A model generated the notes under the pieces. That model was not told the origin of the DNA and made no database searches. It was given only the letters and a program-made list of their open reading frames with translations. From positions 96,001 through 160,000 of IMG/VR virus record IMGVR_UViG_3300017774_005745: a stretch of 64,000 bases of DNA. One strand, written 5' to 3'. The translations under genes were made by a program, and so were the position numbers. The DNA comes from a virus. Positions 44,260-52,730 of this stretch are shown one piece after another. Position 1 is the first letter of the stretch, and each line of letters opens with the position of its first letter.

Positions 44260-44653
44260 CGTGAAAGTCACTGTCTTCAATGATATCTCCATGTCCGACA
44301 GTAAGGAGGGCATCCTCTACTCTCGAACGAAAGTCTGAGACCCATTTCGTCTGTGCTTGGGTCGGTGTTGAGGTTTCGACGTCGAGCCACTCCCCGAGGA
44401 GTTTCTCAAGTCTGGTTTCTCTTCTCTTCACTTCCAAAAGCTCCTGCGCGAGCCTCTCCCTCTCTCTGAATATTCTCCCGAGAGCCTCTTGAACTGCGGA
44501 GACAAGTCGGTCATTCGTCAGACCGAGTCGAACCATCTCAGAGTGAGGATGACATGTCGGAACAACAGCAATGACTGTTCCGTCCTCTCCTCGGATGTAT
44601 GATTCTTTCGTCGCTGGGAGGTGGCACTTTGGATATGCGCAGGGGTGATCCAT
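44252..44653 (-). CDS. Hypothetical protein
   Basis: CAYPKC...CHPH, then a coiled coil. Confidence 0.65.
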   Translation of the reverse strand: MDHPCAYPKCHLPATKESYIRGEDGTVIAVVPTCHPHSEMVRLGLTNDRLVSAVQEALGRIFRERERLAQELLEVKRRETRLEKLLGEWLDVETSTPTQAQTKWVSDFRSRVEDALLTVGHGDIIEDSDFHDG

Positions 44654-44673
44654 GCCTACTTCTTACTACGAAT

Positions 44674-44958
44674 CTAAACCGCTGCATCCATCGCAGATTT
44701 CATCCTCTCATACATCTCTACTGCTTCGTTATAGTCTTCCAGGGTCATTGTTCTCATTGACGGGAAGAATGGAAAACCATTGATGGACCTATTTGGCACA
44801 GCCTTCGATATTTCTTCGTATAGGACAGACACTCTCTTGTCCTTCATTTCTTTGAGTATCTTCTTCGACGCAAAGGCAAGCGGCATGAATATGATAGGAA
44901 AGAGCGACTCTTGTCCCTTCGGGATTTGAGTTGAGAACAGATACCTATTTTGGATCAT
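44674..44958 (-). CDS. Hypothetical protein
   Basis: Start at 44958 avoids a long overlap with 44945..45256. Confidence 0.65.
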   Translation of the reverse strand: MIQNRYLFSTQIPKGQESLFPIIFMPLAFASKKILKEMKDKRVSVLYEEISKAVPNRSINGFPFFPSMRTMTLEDYNEAVEMYERMKSAMDAAV

Positions 44959-45256
44959 GCCCTTCGCCACTTCCTTGATTTGTTCCGGAGTCAGGATGTG
45001 GTTTGTTTTTGTTGAACTCTTCGATGACTTTGTTGAACTCTTTTTCGCAGTCCCAGCAGTACTGGAACGAGCCTTGGTACTGACGGACGGCTTTTTCTGC
45101 ATCTGAGAACGCGACGTACGAGACGGAGACATACGGATCACCTGCCATTCTTCCAGGATGTGGATACGGCATGAACCTCGGATTTCTCACCTGCAAGTCG
45201 ATGAGGACTTTGCATCGGTCGCAGTAGAACCCCATTCTGACTTTGTCCCAGCTCAC
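44945..45256 (-). CDS. Zn-binding hypothetical protein
   Basis: CDRC...CWDC; GTGA-coupled. Confidence 0.65.
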   Translation of the reverse strand: MSWDKVRMGFYCDRCKVLIDLQVRNPRFMPYPHPGRMAGDPYVSVSYVAFSDAEKAVRQYQGSFQYCWDCEKEFNKVIEEFNKNKPHPDSGTNQGSGEGHDPK

Positions 45257-45639
45257 GTAACTGTTCTCCCTCCAGGAGCGAGTCCCGGAAGAGTGTCTCC
45301 ATCGAGTCTTGTATAGAGATGAAGAGTGAAGCTGTGCAGATTCACGTAGTCCTCTTCATGAGGGAGCAACTGTACTGCGAGACGTTGTCTACCGATGAAG
45401 AGGTCCTTCACGCTTTTCAGGTCCTGCCACGAAGGCAGCCGATTGGCGTAGGAGAAGCTGATGTGCAGCCAGACTGATTTGTCCTCGAAGTGGTTTTCGA
45501 CTGTCGCAATGACACGAAGACCATCTCGGTATGCAAATGCTTTGGTAATTTCGGGTGGAAGGGGGAACTGAGAAGTGTCTATCTCACTCCAGCCGACGGG
45601 GAGTACTTTCGGAAGTACATCTTGAATGCGGTAGGACAC
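45253..45639 (-). CDS. Conserved phage hypothetical protein
   Basis: WLHISFS...RLPSW.DL..VKDLFIG...Q.LP...YVNLH..TLHL family motif. Confidence 0.8.
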   Translation of the reverse strand: MSYRIQDVLPKVLPVGWSEIDTSQFPLPPEITKAFAYRDGLRVIATVENHFEDKSVWLHISFSYANRLPSWQDLKSVKDLFIGRQRLAVQLLPHEEDYVNLHSFTLHLYTRLDGDTLPGLAPGGRTVT

Positions 45640-45647
45640 TACTCTCC

Positions 45648-45893
45648 TTAGAGGGGCCCTCCTGGCGTCTCCTTTCCTTCTTGAGAGCGCGTAGCAGAGC
45701 CAATGGGGTGGTAAGCTTCATCTTTGTTAGTAAGCGTGGAAGACGACCCAAGCTCTTTTCCAGAAGTGAACTTCTTGTCTTTTCGAACGACCTTCGGACC
45801 GTAGAGTGCCTTGTATTGCTTCTCTGAGAAGGCAGTCTGTTCTGCAATCTTTACGAGCTCATCGGCGAAGGCAGCAAAGGTCGTTCGGAGCAT
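45648..45893 (-). CDS. 81 aa basic protein with the N-terminal F-x-D-E-L-x-K-I-A motif
   Basis: MLRTTFAAFADELVKIA... Confidence 0.75.
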   Translation of the reverse strand: MLRTTFAAFADELVKIAEQTAFSEKQYKALYGPKVVRKDKKFTSGKELGSSSTLTNKDEAYHPIGSATRSQEGKETPGGPL

Positions 45894-45896
45894 TAC

Positions 45897-46481
45897 TCAA
45901 TTATACTCATCCCTCTTCGGAAGGCCACGATAATCGATAACTTCGAAGTTATTGGCCTCGACTGCATCTTGAATGAGCTTCATGAATCCCGTCGACTCCT
46001 TAACGAGTTCGTGGACGGTTTTATGCGCTTCCAAGCTCGACTTCGTGCTGTTTGCCGTCTTGACCATCTCAACGACGGTCTCTGTGACTTTCTTTGTCAA
46101 AACCTCACAGATAAGTCCGCCTTTGTCGTCCTCCTTGCTCGTCTTTGCGAGGGCCATGACAGAGGCCTGTACGTACGAACGCAGAAGCGCATCGAAGCAT
46201 GGATTCGAGCAGAATCCCTTCAGGATGATTCCATCGTCCAGTGCTTCTTCGTCGTCCTTGATGTCCTCGACTCCACGAAGAATCATCTCAATCGACTCCT
46301 TCATGAACTCCTCTTTGTATCCTTGCGCCTCCGCCTCTTTCAGGAGGGACTCGAAGTTCTTGCGAGAGTTCTCCTGATGATGCTTCGCAGCATCAGGAGG
46401 CATCTTCTCTCCAACAGTTTTGAGATACTTCTCGTGCGCAGCTTCGAGTGCCTCAAGGAGGGCAGGTTTTTCGTTTGCCAT
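45897..46481 (-). CDS. Helical hypothetical protein
   Basis: AGGA RBS before the ATG at 46481. Confidence 0.75.
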   Translation of the reverse strand: MANEKPALLEALEAAHEKYLKTVGEKMPPDAAKHHQENSRKNFESLLKEAEAQGYKEEFMKESIEMILRGVEDIKDDEEALDDGIILKGFCSNPCFDALLRSYVQASVMALAKTSKEDDKGGLICEVLTKKVTETVVEMVKTANSTKSSLEAHKTVHELVKESTGFMKLIQDAVEANNFEVIDYRGLPKRDEYN

Positions 46482-46503
46482 AGATGTTCCTGTGATTGGT
46501 TGT

Positions 46504-46578
46504 AAAAAAAGAAGCAACCTACAGGGGGAGGGGAGGACCCGTAGGTTGCTTCCGGGGACACCTATACGAGGGTCCCGC
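46504..46578 (-). ncRNA. Candidate ~75 nt two-hairpin small RNA or attenuator with a C-rich anti-SD loop
   Basis: Follows TGG-CATAAG (46586-46594). Hairpin 1 GGGAC/GTCCC; hairpin 2 is a 12 bp stem with loop GGGUCCUCCCCUCCCCCU, then U7. Confidence 0.4.
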
Positions 46579-46585
46579 TATATTC

Positions 46586-47407
46586 TTATGCCACCGTATT
46601 CGTGGAGTCTTCCGATGGACGAATCATACCAGTAAAGAGTCCAGTGAGGGTAAAGTCTTTCCTTCCTTCATCGACCTGGTCTTGACGGTCCCACAGCAAG
46701 GTGCCGCTCTCGTCCTTCGAAGGCTCGAACGTCAGGATGGTGCTCTTTCGAAGCTTTCCCGTCTCAAGGTAGACCAGGATGGCGTCTTTTCTTGGGATTC
46801 TTTCCATGATGTGCGACGGGATTTCTACCTTCGAGATGTCCGCGCCATCCTCAATCTCCATCCCCGCCAACTGGAGAGTCGCCACGGTAGCCGCTCGAAC
46901 GTAGGCTTCGTCGATCTTCAGAAAAGCGACTGCACTTGTCTTTTTACAGAGGTATCGGAGATACGCGGCAAATATCTCTTTTGGCTTCGCCTTGACCACC
47001 TTACACAGTCCATCGACTACCTTTGCATCAATCTCCTCTTTGTCTTTGAGGTTGAAGATAGAGGCAGCGGCGACCCTCATGCTTTCGATAGACGCCTGAA
47101 TGTCCGTGCTGCCCTTCATTACGAGGGGCACCATCGAGAGGAGCATTTCATTTGAGTACGTGTTCGGAACGAGAAGACATGCGATGCCGCCAGGGTCAGC
47201 CGCAACCTCATCGTCGGTGACCTTTGCGAACGAATCGGGGTCGACCAACCAGCTCCTCACCTCAGGGGGAATCTCCATCTTCCTGCTTACGACGAAGCTC
47301 ACAGGAACGATGGACTTCTTCTCGTTGAAGAGCTCCTTTGCCCTTCCGACGAGATGCTCTTGGAACTTCAGGCAGTCCTCAAGTACGTCCTTCTTATTCT
47401 CGAACAT
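46586..47407 (-). CDS. Hypothetical protein
   Basis: 273 aa ORF, co-oriented. Confidence 0.8.
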   Translation of the reverse strand: MFENKKDVLEDCLKFQEHLVGRAKELFNEKKSIVPVSFVVSRKMEIPPEVRSWLVDPDSFAKVTDDEVAADPGGIACLLVPNTYSNEMLLSMVPLVMKGSTDIQASIESMRVAAASIFNLKDKEEIDAKVVDGLCKVVKAKPKEIFAAYLRYLCKKTSAVAFLKIDEAYVRAATVATLQLAGMEIEDGADISKVEIPSHIMERIPRKDAILVYLETGKLRKSTILTFEPSKDESGTLLWDRQDQVDEGRKDFTLTGLFTGMIRPSEDSTNTVA

Positions 47408-47417
47408 AGTGTTCTCT

Positions 47418-47990
47418 CTAGCGACGAGGGCGCTTTCCCTTACTGGTGTCGCTGTATTTGATTCGCTGTCCGTCTTTGTATTCTTTTCTTTCCTTCTTTG
47501 CCTGGGACTTCGAGACGTGCGACGTATGCACTTCGTTGAGGAAGTAAGTCGAGGCTACTACGACCTTGTCCTTCTTGGAGAGATGGACGAGTTGGATTCC
47601 GGCTGACTGCGCAAACTCCGTAATCTTGACGTCTCTGTACAATTCTCCAAAGACGATTCTCTTGATACCGGCATTTGCGATGAGCTTGAAGCAGTACCAG
47701 CAGGGACTGGCGGTGACGTAGAGGTCAGACCCATCGATACGAACCCCATTCTTAGCTGCTTGAATGATGGCATTCGCTTCTGAGTGAACCGTGCGTACGC
47801 AGTGGTCATTCTCCATGAGACAGCCCACGTCAGAGCAGTGAGGTTGTCCAGAGATACTCCCATTGTATCCGGTAGAGAGAATCATCCGGTCTCGGACGAT
47901 AACGGCTCCCACTTGTTTTCTCGGACAAGTTGCCCGAGTCGAGACAGTGGTAGCTACTTCCATGAAGAACAAATCCCAAGAAGGTCTCAT
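47418..47990 (-). CDS. dCMP deaminase (ComEB-like cytidine deaminase family)
   Basis: RATCPRKQVGAVIV, STGYNG, HSEANAI (HxE), SPCWYC (PCxxC). Confidence 0.95.
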   Translation of the reverse strand: MRPSWDLFFMEVATTVSTRATCPRKQVGAVIVRDRMILSTGYNGSISGQPHCSDVGCLMENDHCVRTVHSEANAIIQAAKNGVRIDGSDLYVTASPCWYCFKLIANAGIKRIVFGELYRDVKITEFAQSAGIQLVHLSKKDKVVVASTYFLNEVHTSHVSKSQAKKERKEYKDGQRIKYSDTSKGKRPRR

Positions 47991-48181
47991 TCTGGACTCG
48001 GCAGTCCAAAGAGGAAACCAGGACCATTTCCTTCTTCGTCTCTTGAGACTTCGACTTTGCTTCCGTCATTCAAGGTGAAGAATGGAAAACCATCCCCATT
48101 GACTCCGGTCTTGACGATCTTTTTCCCCTCCAAGTGCTTCATGTACTTCTTCATGTACTCGTTTCTGCTTGTCATCACCAT
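47987..48181 (-). CDS. Hypothetical protein
   Basis: V..DEEGNGPGFLF motif; ATGA-coupled. Confidence 0.65.
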   Translation of the reverse strand: MVMTSRNEYMKKYMKHLEGKKIVKTGVNGDGFPFFTLNDGSKVEVSRDEEGNGPGFLFGLPSPE

Positions 48182-48489
48182 GTGCTGGACTCCTCGAACC
48201 AGAGAGATGCCAAATACGCGACGCTCGCTTCTTTGTGTTCGTGCTTAGGCTCATACGAACGTTGGATTGCCGAGAGATGACGAATGGCAGTGACGAGGTC
48301 GATGTCTTTCTTCGACACCAGTCCCGTAGTATTCAGACCGTTGAAGAACCACGAACGTTGAAACTGTAGCCACTTGTTTTGGCTGTTCCTGTTTCGAAAT
48401 TCTTCAGGAATCTCTTCATACTTCGGCATCAGGTGGGACACAGATGCAGGAAACACCTCCAAGGCCCGTGTGATTGGTTGCGGCGTCAT
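48175..48489 (-). CDS. Conserved phage hypothetical protein
   Basis: MP.YEEIPEEF...WFF.G...SYEPKHEHKE..VAYL.S.WF motif. Confidence 0.75.
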   Translation of the reverse strand: MTPQPITRALEVFPASVSHLMPKYEEIPEEFRNRNSQNKWLQFQRSWFFNGLNTTGLVSKKDIDLVTAIRHLSAIQRSYEPKHEHKEASVAYLASLWFEESSTW

Positions 48490-48815
48490 GATTTTTTATC
48501 CTTGAGTTGTTTTCCGAGCGCAACTCCCATCGCAAACGCTTTGTCTGGGCCTGGGAGAGTCTTACCGAAGATGGGGTGTTCGACGTTGAACAACTGGATA
48601 GTCTTATCCAGCGTCTCTTGGTCGCAGTAGCCAGTGAGGTAACCGAGAGTTTCTGAGAACTGGTCCTCACTCCAATCGAAAGACTGCATCGTCATCTTCT
48701 TGAAGAGATCCGTTTCCTCCTTACCGCATTGCATCGCCGCGTCGAACCAACTTCTCAGATTCATGAGAATGTTACTCTTCCACAACATCCTCTTTCTCTT
48801 CTTCTCTTCACTCAT
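48486..48815 (-). CDS. Hypothetical protein
   Basis: ATGA-coupled. Confidence 0.7.
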   Translation of the reverse strand: MSEEKKRKRMLWKSNILMNLRSWFDAAMQCGKEETDLFKKMTMQSFDWSEDQFSETLGYLTGYCDQETLDKTIQLFNVEHPIFGKTLPGPDKAFAMGVALGKQLKDKKS

Positions 48816-49099
48816 GGTGGTGGAAGCCCCTCATCTCCGAAGTGGATGTCATAGACAACGATGTCTTGATGGATTGCTTTGTGCGTTTCGTACATCTCAA
48901 TTCGATTCACCCAGTGAAAACCAGGAAGGCCCCAGAGGGTGTTATTTGAAGATCCTTCAACGATAGTAAGAATGAATTCGTTCTTACCGGAGGATCTGAG
49001 CTTCACTGCGTGCTCGTGGGTGATTGGCCCTTTACACGGACCAAACTCCCTCAAGAAGGTACTCAACTTCTTCTTCATGGGTTTGAACGAAAGTGACAT
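48812..49099 (-). CDS. Hypothetical protein
   Basis: ATGA-coupled downstream. Confidence 0.65.
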   Translation of the reverse strand: MSLSFKPMKKKLSTFLREFGPCKGPITHEHAVKLRSSGKNEFILTIVEGSSNNTLWGLPGFHWVNRIEMYETHKAIHQDIVVYDIHFGDEGLPPP

Positions 49100-49110
49100 G
49101 TTAATGAAAA

Positions 49111-49146
49111 AGACGGAGTGTACACTAATTAGTGTACACTCCGTCT
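49111..49146. repeat. Perfect 36 bp palindrome with nested AGTGTACACT palindromes (also terminator-like)
   Basis: AGACGGAGTGTACACTAATTAGTGTACACTCCGTCT; U-tract on the - strand side. Confidence 0.9.
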
Positions 49147-49164
49147 CTCCTTCATGCGGGAGTG

Positions 49165-50664
49165 TTACTGCTTGGACGCCAGAGACGCAGGAAGCGTCTT
49201 GGACAGTTCCTTGGCGACCTTCGAGACGAGCTCGGCAGGAATGACCTTGTCGAGGTTCGGACCGTACGACGCCAGAAGCTGACCGACCGCGACTTCTTGA
49301 CCGATGGCCCTTCCGAAGATCTCCATCGCGGAAGGTTGCGGCTTGGTGTTGGGGTTGAGGAGCTCCATCTGCGAGAGCATCGACTTCGCTGCCTCGACGA
49401 GGTCCTCATCCGTCAGCTTGAAGCTCTCCGAACCCTTCGTGCGAGTGACAGCAGCCAGCTTGCTGCGCTCGACCACTTCTCGGATGATGGCAGGAATCTT
49501 CCCCTGCAGCATGTTTCCGACGCCATCGAGGTTCGTTCCCTCCTCGATGAGACCGCGACCGTACAGGCGAACCAGACGGGTGACCGCGACGTCGTCAGGA
49601 GGACGAACGGGAATCACGGCATCGAGACGACCCGGACGGAGCATGGCCGGGTTGATGAGCTCGACGTGGTTGGTGGTGAGGACGACGATGATCTCCGACG
49701 ACTTCGTGTCGACGCCGTCGATGGTGTTGAGAATGCCGTTCATGTCATCCGAACGACCTCCCTTGAGCACCTGGTCGATGTCCTCGGCGAAGATGACAGC
49801 CGGACCGTACTGCTTGGCGAAGAGAATCGCACGCTGCAGGTCCTTCACCGTCTCCAGGTAGATGAACGTCCACCCGTTGTTGACTGCCTTCTTGGCGCTG
49901 ACGTACGCCGTGAGCGTCTTGCCGGTGCCGTACGGGCCTTCCAGCAGAATGCCGCGCTTCAGGGGGATGGAGAGCTCCCGGCACTTCGAGGTGAACTCGA
50001 TGGGAGTGAACACCGAGTTCTGCACCATCGTCGCCACGTCCTTCGAGAACACGAGCTCATCTTCCCGCACCTTGCTCGTGTCGATGAACTTCGGAGCGTG
50101 AGCCGTGGGATCGAAGTCCTCCGGGCTGATCTCCGGGAACGAGACCTTGATGGCCTTGGCCTTGTAGATCGACTCTTCCTGGACGATCTTGCGAGTGGCA
50201 GCGGCCAGGTCAGAGACTTCCTTCTTGAATCGCTGCTTCACTTCACCGCCGATGATGAAGATCTGGCGACCCTCCTTGATGCCCGTGTACGTCACGAGGT
50301 ACCCATCGACGCCGGGGATCTGCACCCGTCCCCACGGAACCTGAACCGTCTCCTCGTGGGAGATGGCCACGCCGATCATCGTCGGCGGCTTGGGCCCGAA
50401 GAACCCAGGAGTCGGAATCATCCCGACGAAGCCGTACTTCCTGGCCATCGCCTTGTGGAACGCGAACGCACCATCGAGCGGGAACGCATCGACCTGCTCG
50501 TTGATGGCGACGACTCGCTCATCTTCGACCTTCATCCTGCGGAGCCACTCGATGCCCTCATCCATCGACATGCCTTCAGGCAGGGTGATCTGACTTCCAC
50601 CACGAACGACCGACATGTCCTTGAACTTCGTTTCCACTTTGGAATCCTTCAATGCTTCAGCCAT
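49165..50664 (-). CDS. AAA+ ATPase (classic AAA clade, FtsH/Cdc48-like ATPase domain, no protease domain)
   Basis: Walker A GPYGTGKT, Walker B IFAEDID, sensor TTN, SRH AMLRPGRLD; very high GC3. Confidence 0.95.
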   Translation of the reverse strand: MAEALKDSKVETKFKDMSVVRGGSQITLPEGMSMDEGIEWLRRMKVEDERVVAINEQVDAFPLDGAFAFHKAMARKYGFVGMIPTPGFFGPKPPTMIGVAISHEETVQVPWGRVQIPGVDGYLVTYTGIKEGRQIFIIGGEVKQRFKKEVSDLAAATRKIVQEESIYKAKAIKVSFPEISPEDFDPTAHAPKFIDTSKVREDELVFSKDVATMVQNSVFTPIEFTSKCRELSIPLKRGILLEGPYGTGKTLTAYVSAKKAVNNGWTFIYLETVKDLQRAILFAKQYGPAVIFAEDIDQVLKGGRSDDMNGILNTIDGVDTKSSEIIVVLTTNHVELINPAMLRPGRLDAVIPVRPPDDVAVTRLVRLYGRGLIEEGTNLDGVGNMLQGKIPAIIREVVERSKLAAVTRTKGSESFKLTDEDLVEAAKSMLSQMELLNPNTKPQPSAMEIFGRAIGQEVAVGQLLASYGPNLDKVIPAELVSKVAKELSKTLPASLASKQ

Positions 50665-50770
50665 GGATTGAACTTCCCCTCAGTATTCGTTTCACTTGGA
50701 AAAAAGAAGACACTACAGAATGTAGTTGTACACGCTCCAGTTAGGAGTTAGAGCTCTCTTGAGCTTAATT

Positions 50771-50801
50771 CTTATATCTACAAATCGACTATTTCTTGCT
50801 C
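50771..50801 (-). promoter_or_regulatory. Recurrent promoter-like motif GAGCAA-N19-TATAAG
   Basis: Upstream of the AAA+ gene. Confidence 0.6.
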
Positions 50802-51105
50802 ACTGTGAGCTCAGAACTACAGAGGCAGTTCTGTTTCTTACGGGCGGGTCTTGAGTGGGAAATGGCGTTACTCCATTTACCTCTTCGAGTGCAGGCCTGA
50901 GCCGGTCTCTCACGTCTGTGAGAGTGGCGAGACATTCAGCACCCGTGTACGTCGACTTTTCTGCAATTCCGACTGCGTGTCGAACAGTAGCGTTCGCGAC
51001 TTCGATCCTCTGTCGAAGTACGACGTTCTCAACGACGAGAGCCGCGAGAACTGCTCCAAGAAGAAGATACCACGCCTTTACCGCTAGAGTTTTGAGTGTC
51101 TGCAC
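50800..51105 (-). CDS. Single-pass membrane protein with a coiled coil
   Basis: WYLLLGAVLAALVV TM segment; GTG start with GGAG. Confidence 0.6.
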   Translation of the reverse strand: MQTLKTLAVKAWYLLLGAVLAALVVENVVLRQRIEVANATVRHAVGIAEKSTYTGAECLATLTDVRDRLRPALEEVNGVTPFPTQDPPVRNRTASVVLSSQ

Positions 51106-51370
51106 TTTCAGGCTCCAGTTCGAACTCTCTATCGATGTACGACATAGCATCTTTCCAGCCTTCTCGGTATCGCTCTGCTTCTTTCTTTAGAACGGATCTC
51201 CATTCTTCTTTTGGAGTTTCTTTTCTCTGTCTCAGCAGAGCGATCTTTGCGTCTGACTTCCCTGTGTACATGTGAGTAGGGGAAGTCATCCACTCTCCCG
51301 TTCCCTCATCTTTTCTTTGGAGGACGAAGATAGCTGTCTCCAAATCCAGAATCGAATCTCCTGTGTCCAT
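51029..51370 (-). CDS. Hypothetical protein
   Basis: GAGGA RBS before the ATG at 51370. Confidence 0.6.
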   Translation of the reverse strand: MDTGDSILDLETAIFVLQRKDEGTGEWMTSPTHMYTGKSDAKIALLRQRKETPKEEWRSVLKKEAERYREGWKDAMSYIDREFELEPESADTQNSSGKGVVSSSWSSSRGSRR

Positions 51371-51479
51371 TATTTCCTCTTGCAACTTTTTACGAACGGC
51401 GTACTCTACGTCAGACTCGCGGCTTAGAGGTTCTCTGGTGAGTCCTCTATTGGATGATGGGAGGGCCTCTAAGCTGCGG

Positions 51480-51797
51480 TCATGTGTCTCTGGCTTCTTT
51501 GTATGTGGCTTGGACTGGGTCGAACTTCTCTGCTTGCTTCTCCTCGACTCCCCGGAGCTTGAGCATCTTCTCAGAGAGGATGTCGAAGTCTCCGTAATAC
51601 ATCCCGGCGTAGTAGACCATGTCTTCGTGGACTGCAAGGAAGGCATCGTCTCCTTCCGGAAGGCCGATTCGAACATTACAGAGATAGGTGACTTGCACCC
51701 ACTCAAGAGGCCCCAGAAGGGGCCCATCTTTTCCCCAGTCCTCCATGTCTTGTTCTGGATCTTCTCGACCGTGGAAGAGGTGAAGGTAAACGCTCAT
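51480..51797 (-). CDS. Conserved hypothetical protein
   Basis: YLHLFHGR.DP.QDM.DWG..GP..GP motif; ATGA-coupled. Confidence 0.75.
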   Translation of the reverse strand: MSVYLHLFHGREDPEQDMEDWGKDGPLLGPLEWVQVTYLCNVRIGLPEGDDAFLAVHEDMVYYAGMYYGDFDILSEKMLKLRGVEEKQAEKFDPVQATYKEARDT

Positions 51798-52339
51798 TTC
51801 TTCTTTGCGCCTTTCTTAGCCAATTTGGCCACCTTCAGTTGCTGTTTGTTGAACTTGGCTTCTTGCTCCTCAAGCCAGTCCCAACTGTTCATCTGAGAGA
51901 TTCCTGTGGCGGTGATGAAGAGTCCCCCACCACCGAACTCGTTTACTCTGCTCTTGTCGCACCAACTCGCCCAACTGAGGCTAATTGATTTGTCTGGGTG
52001 GAACTTCTTCAAGTACGCCTGAAGCAGGAGTTCTACTTCTGAAGGGTCAGCCGCTTCTTCCGACTCGAAGTAAATGGTCTGCTTTGCTTCATCTCCTACG
52101 TACGAGACCGTAAAAGACACGAAGTCTCTGAAGTCGTCGATTGTGCCCGCAATGGGGCCGAGTGCTTCTTTGAGTCCCTGGAGCTCTTTGAATTCCTCAG
52201 GACTCTCTTTCGGGTCCGGATTGTCCTGGTACAGCTCTGCGTAGTTATTCAACTTCAGAATCATGTCTTGCATCCAGAGTTTCTCCTCTTTGGATGCAAA
52301 CTCAATTCCGATGCACCACTGCGTGTAGTTGTTCGCCAT
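51794..52339 (-). CDS. Hypothetical protein
   Basis: AAAGGAG RBS; motif promoter TGTCAA-N18-GATAAG at 52375-52404. Confidence 0.8.
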   Translation of the reverse strand: MANNYTQWCIGIEFASKEEKLWMQDMILKLNNYAELYQDNPDPKESPEEFKELQGLKEALGPIAGTIDDFRDFVSFTVSYVGDEAKQTIYFESEEAADPSEVELLLQAYLKKFHPDKSISLSWASWCDKSRVNEFGGGGLFITATGISQMNSWDWLEEQEAKFNKQQLKVAKLAKKGAKKK

Positions 52340-52433
52340 CGCCTCTCCTTTCTAAATCGTTGGTCCGTATAGTACTTATCCCACCGTACACTGATAACTT
52401 GACACCTCGATTTGAGTGTGGTGACTTCGCAAA

Positions 52434-52730
52434 ATGGAAATCGCCTACGTCGGAGATGAGTACGTCGCTTGGGTACCGTTCTTTGAGAAGCGTCTGAGTC
52501 TGCTCCCAAAGCAGAGTGGGCTGCTCTTTTACTCGGTCTTCTGGAGTCCCAGCTTCAACGGTAAGTGCCAGGTACTCAACTTTGTCCTCGGGTTGCAGAA
52601 AGACGCCGGGCTGACGAGAGACGTTGGGGAGGCGCTTATTCAGCAAGTCCTGAAGGATGCTCCCATCAATATGGTTCCATTTACTCCGAACGTAACGGTG
52701 TACGTGGGGAGCCCTGGACCCGCCCTGTGA
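52434..52730 (+). CDS. Hypothetical protein, divergent from the accessory block
   Basis: 98 aa; GTGA-coupled to the HTH gene. Confidence 0.65.
   Translation: MEIAYVGDEYVAWVPFFEKRLSLLPKQSGLLFYSVFWSPSFNGKCQVLNFVLGLQKDAGLTRDVGEALIQQVLKDAPINMVPFTPNVTVYVGSPGPAL

Noticed and set aside
49132-50751. 539 aa ORF on the + strand
   Set aside because: Antisense shadow of the strongly codon-biased AAA+ gene; no RBS or recognisable motifs.
50800-51105. Spanin or holin assignment for the TM plus coiled-coil protein
   Set aside because: Lies in the early-type block with no adjacent lipoprotein or endolysin; topology alone is insufficient.
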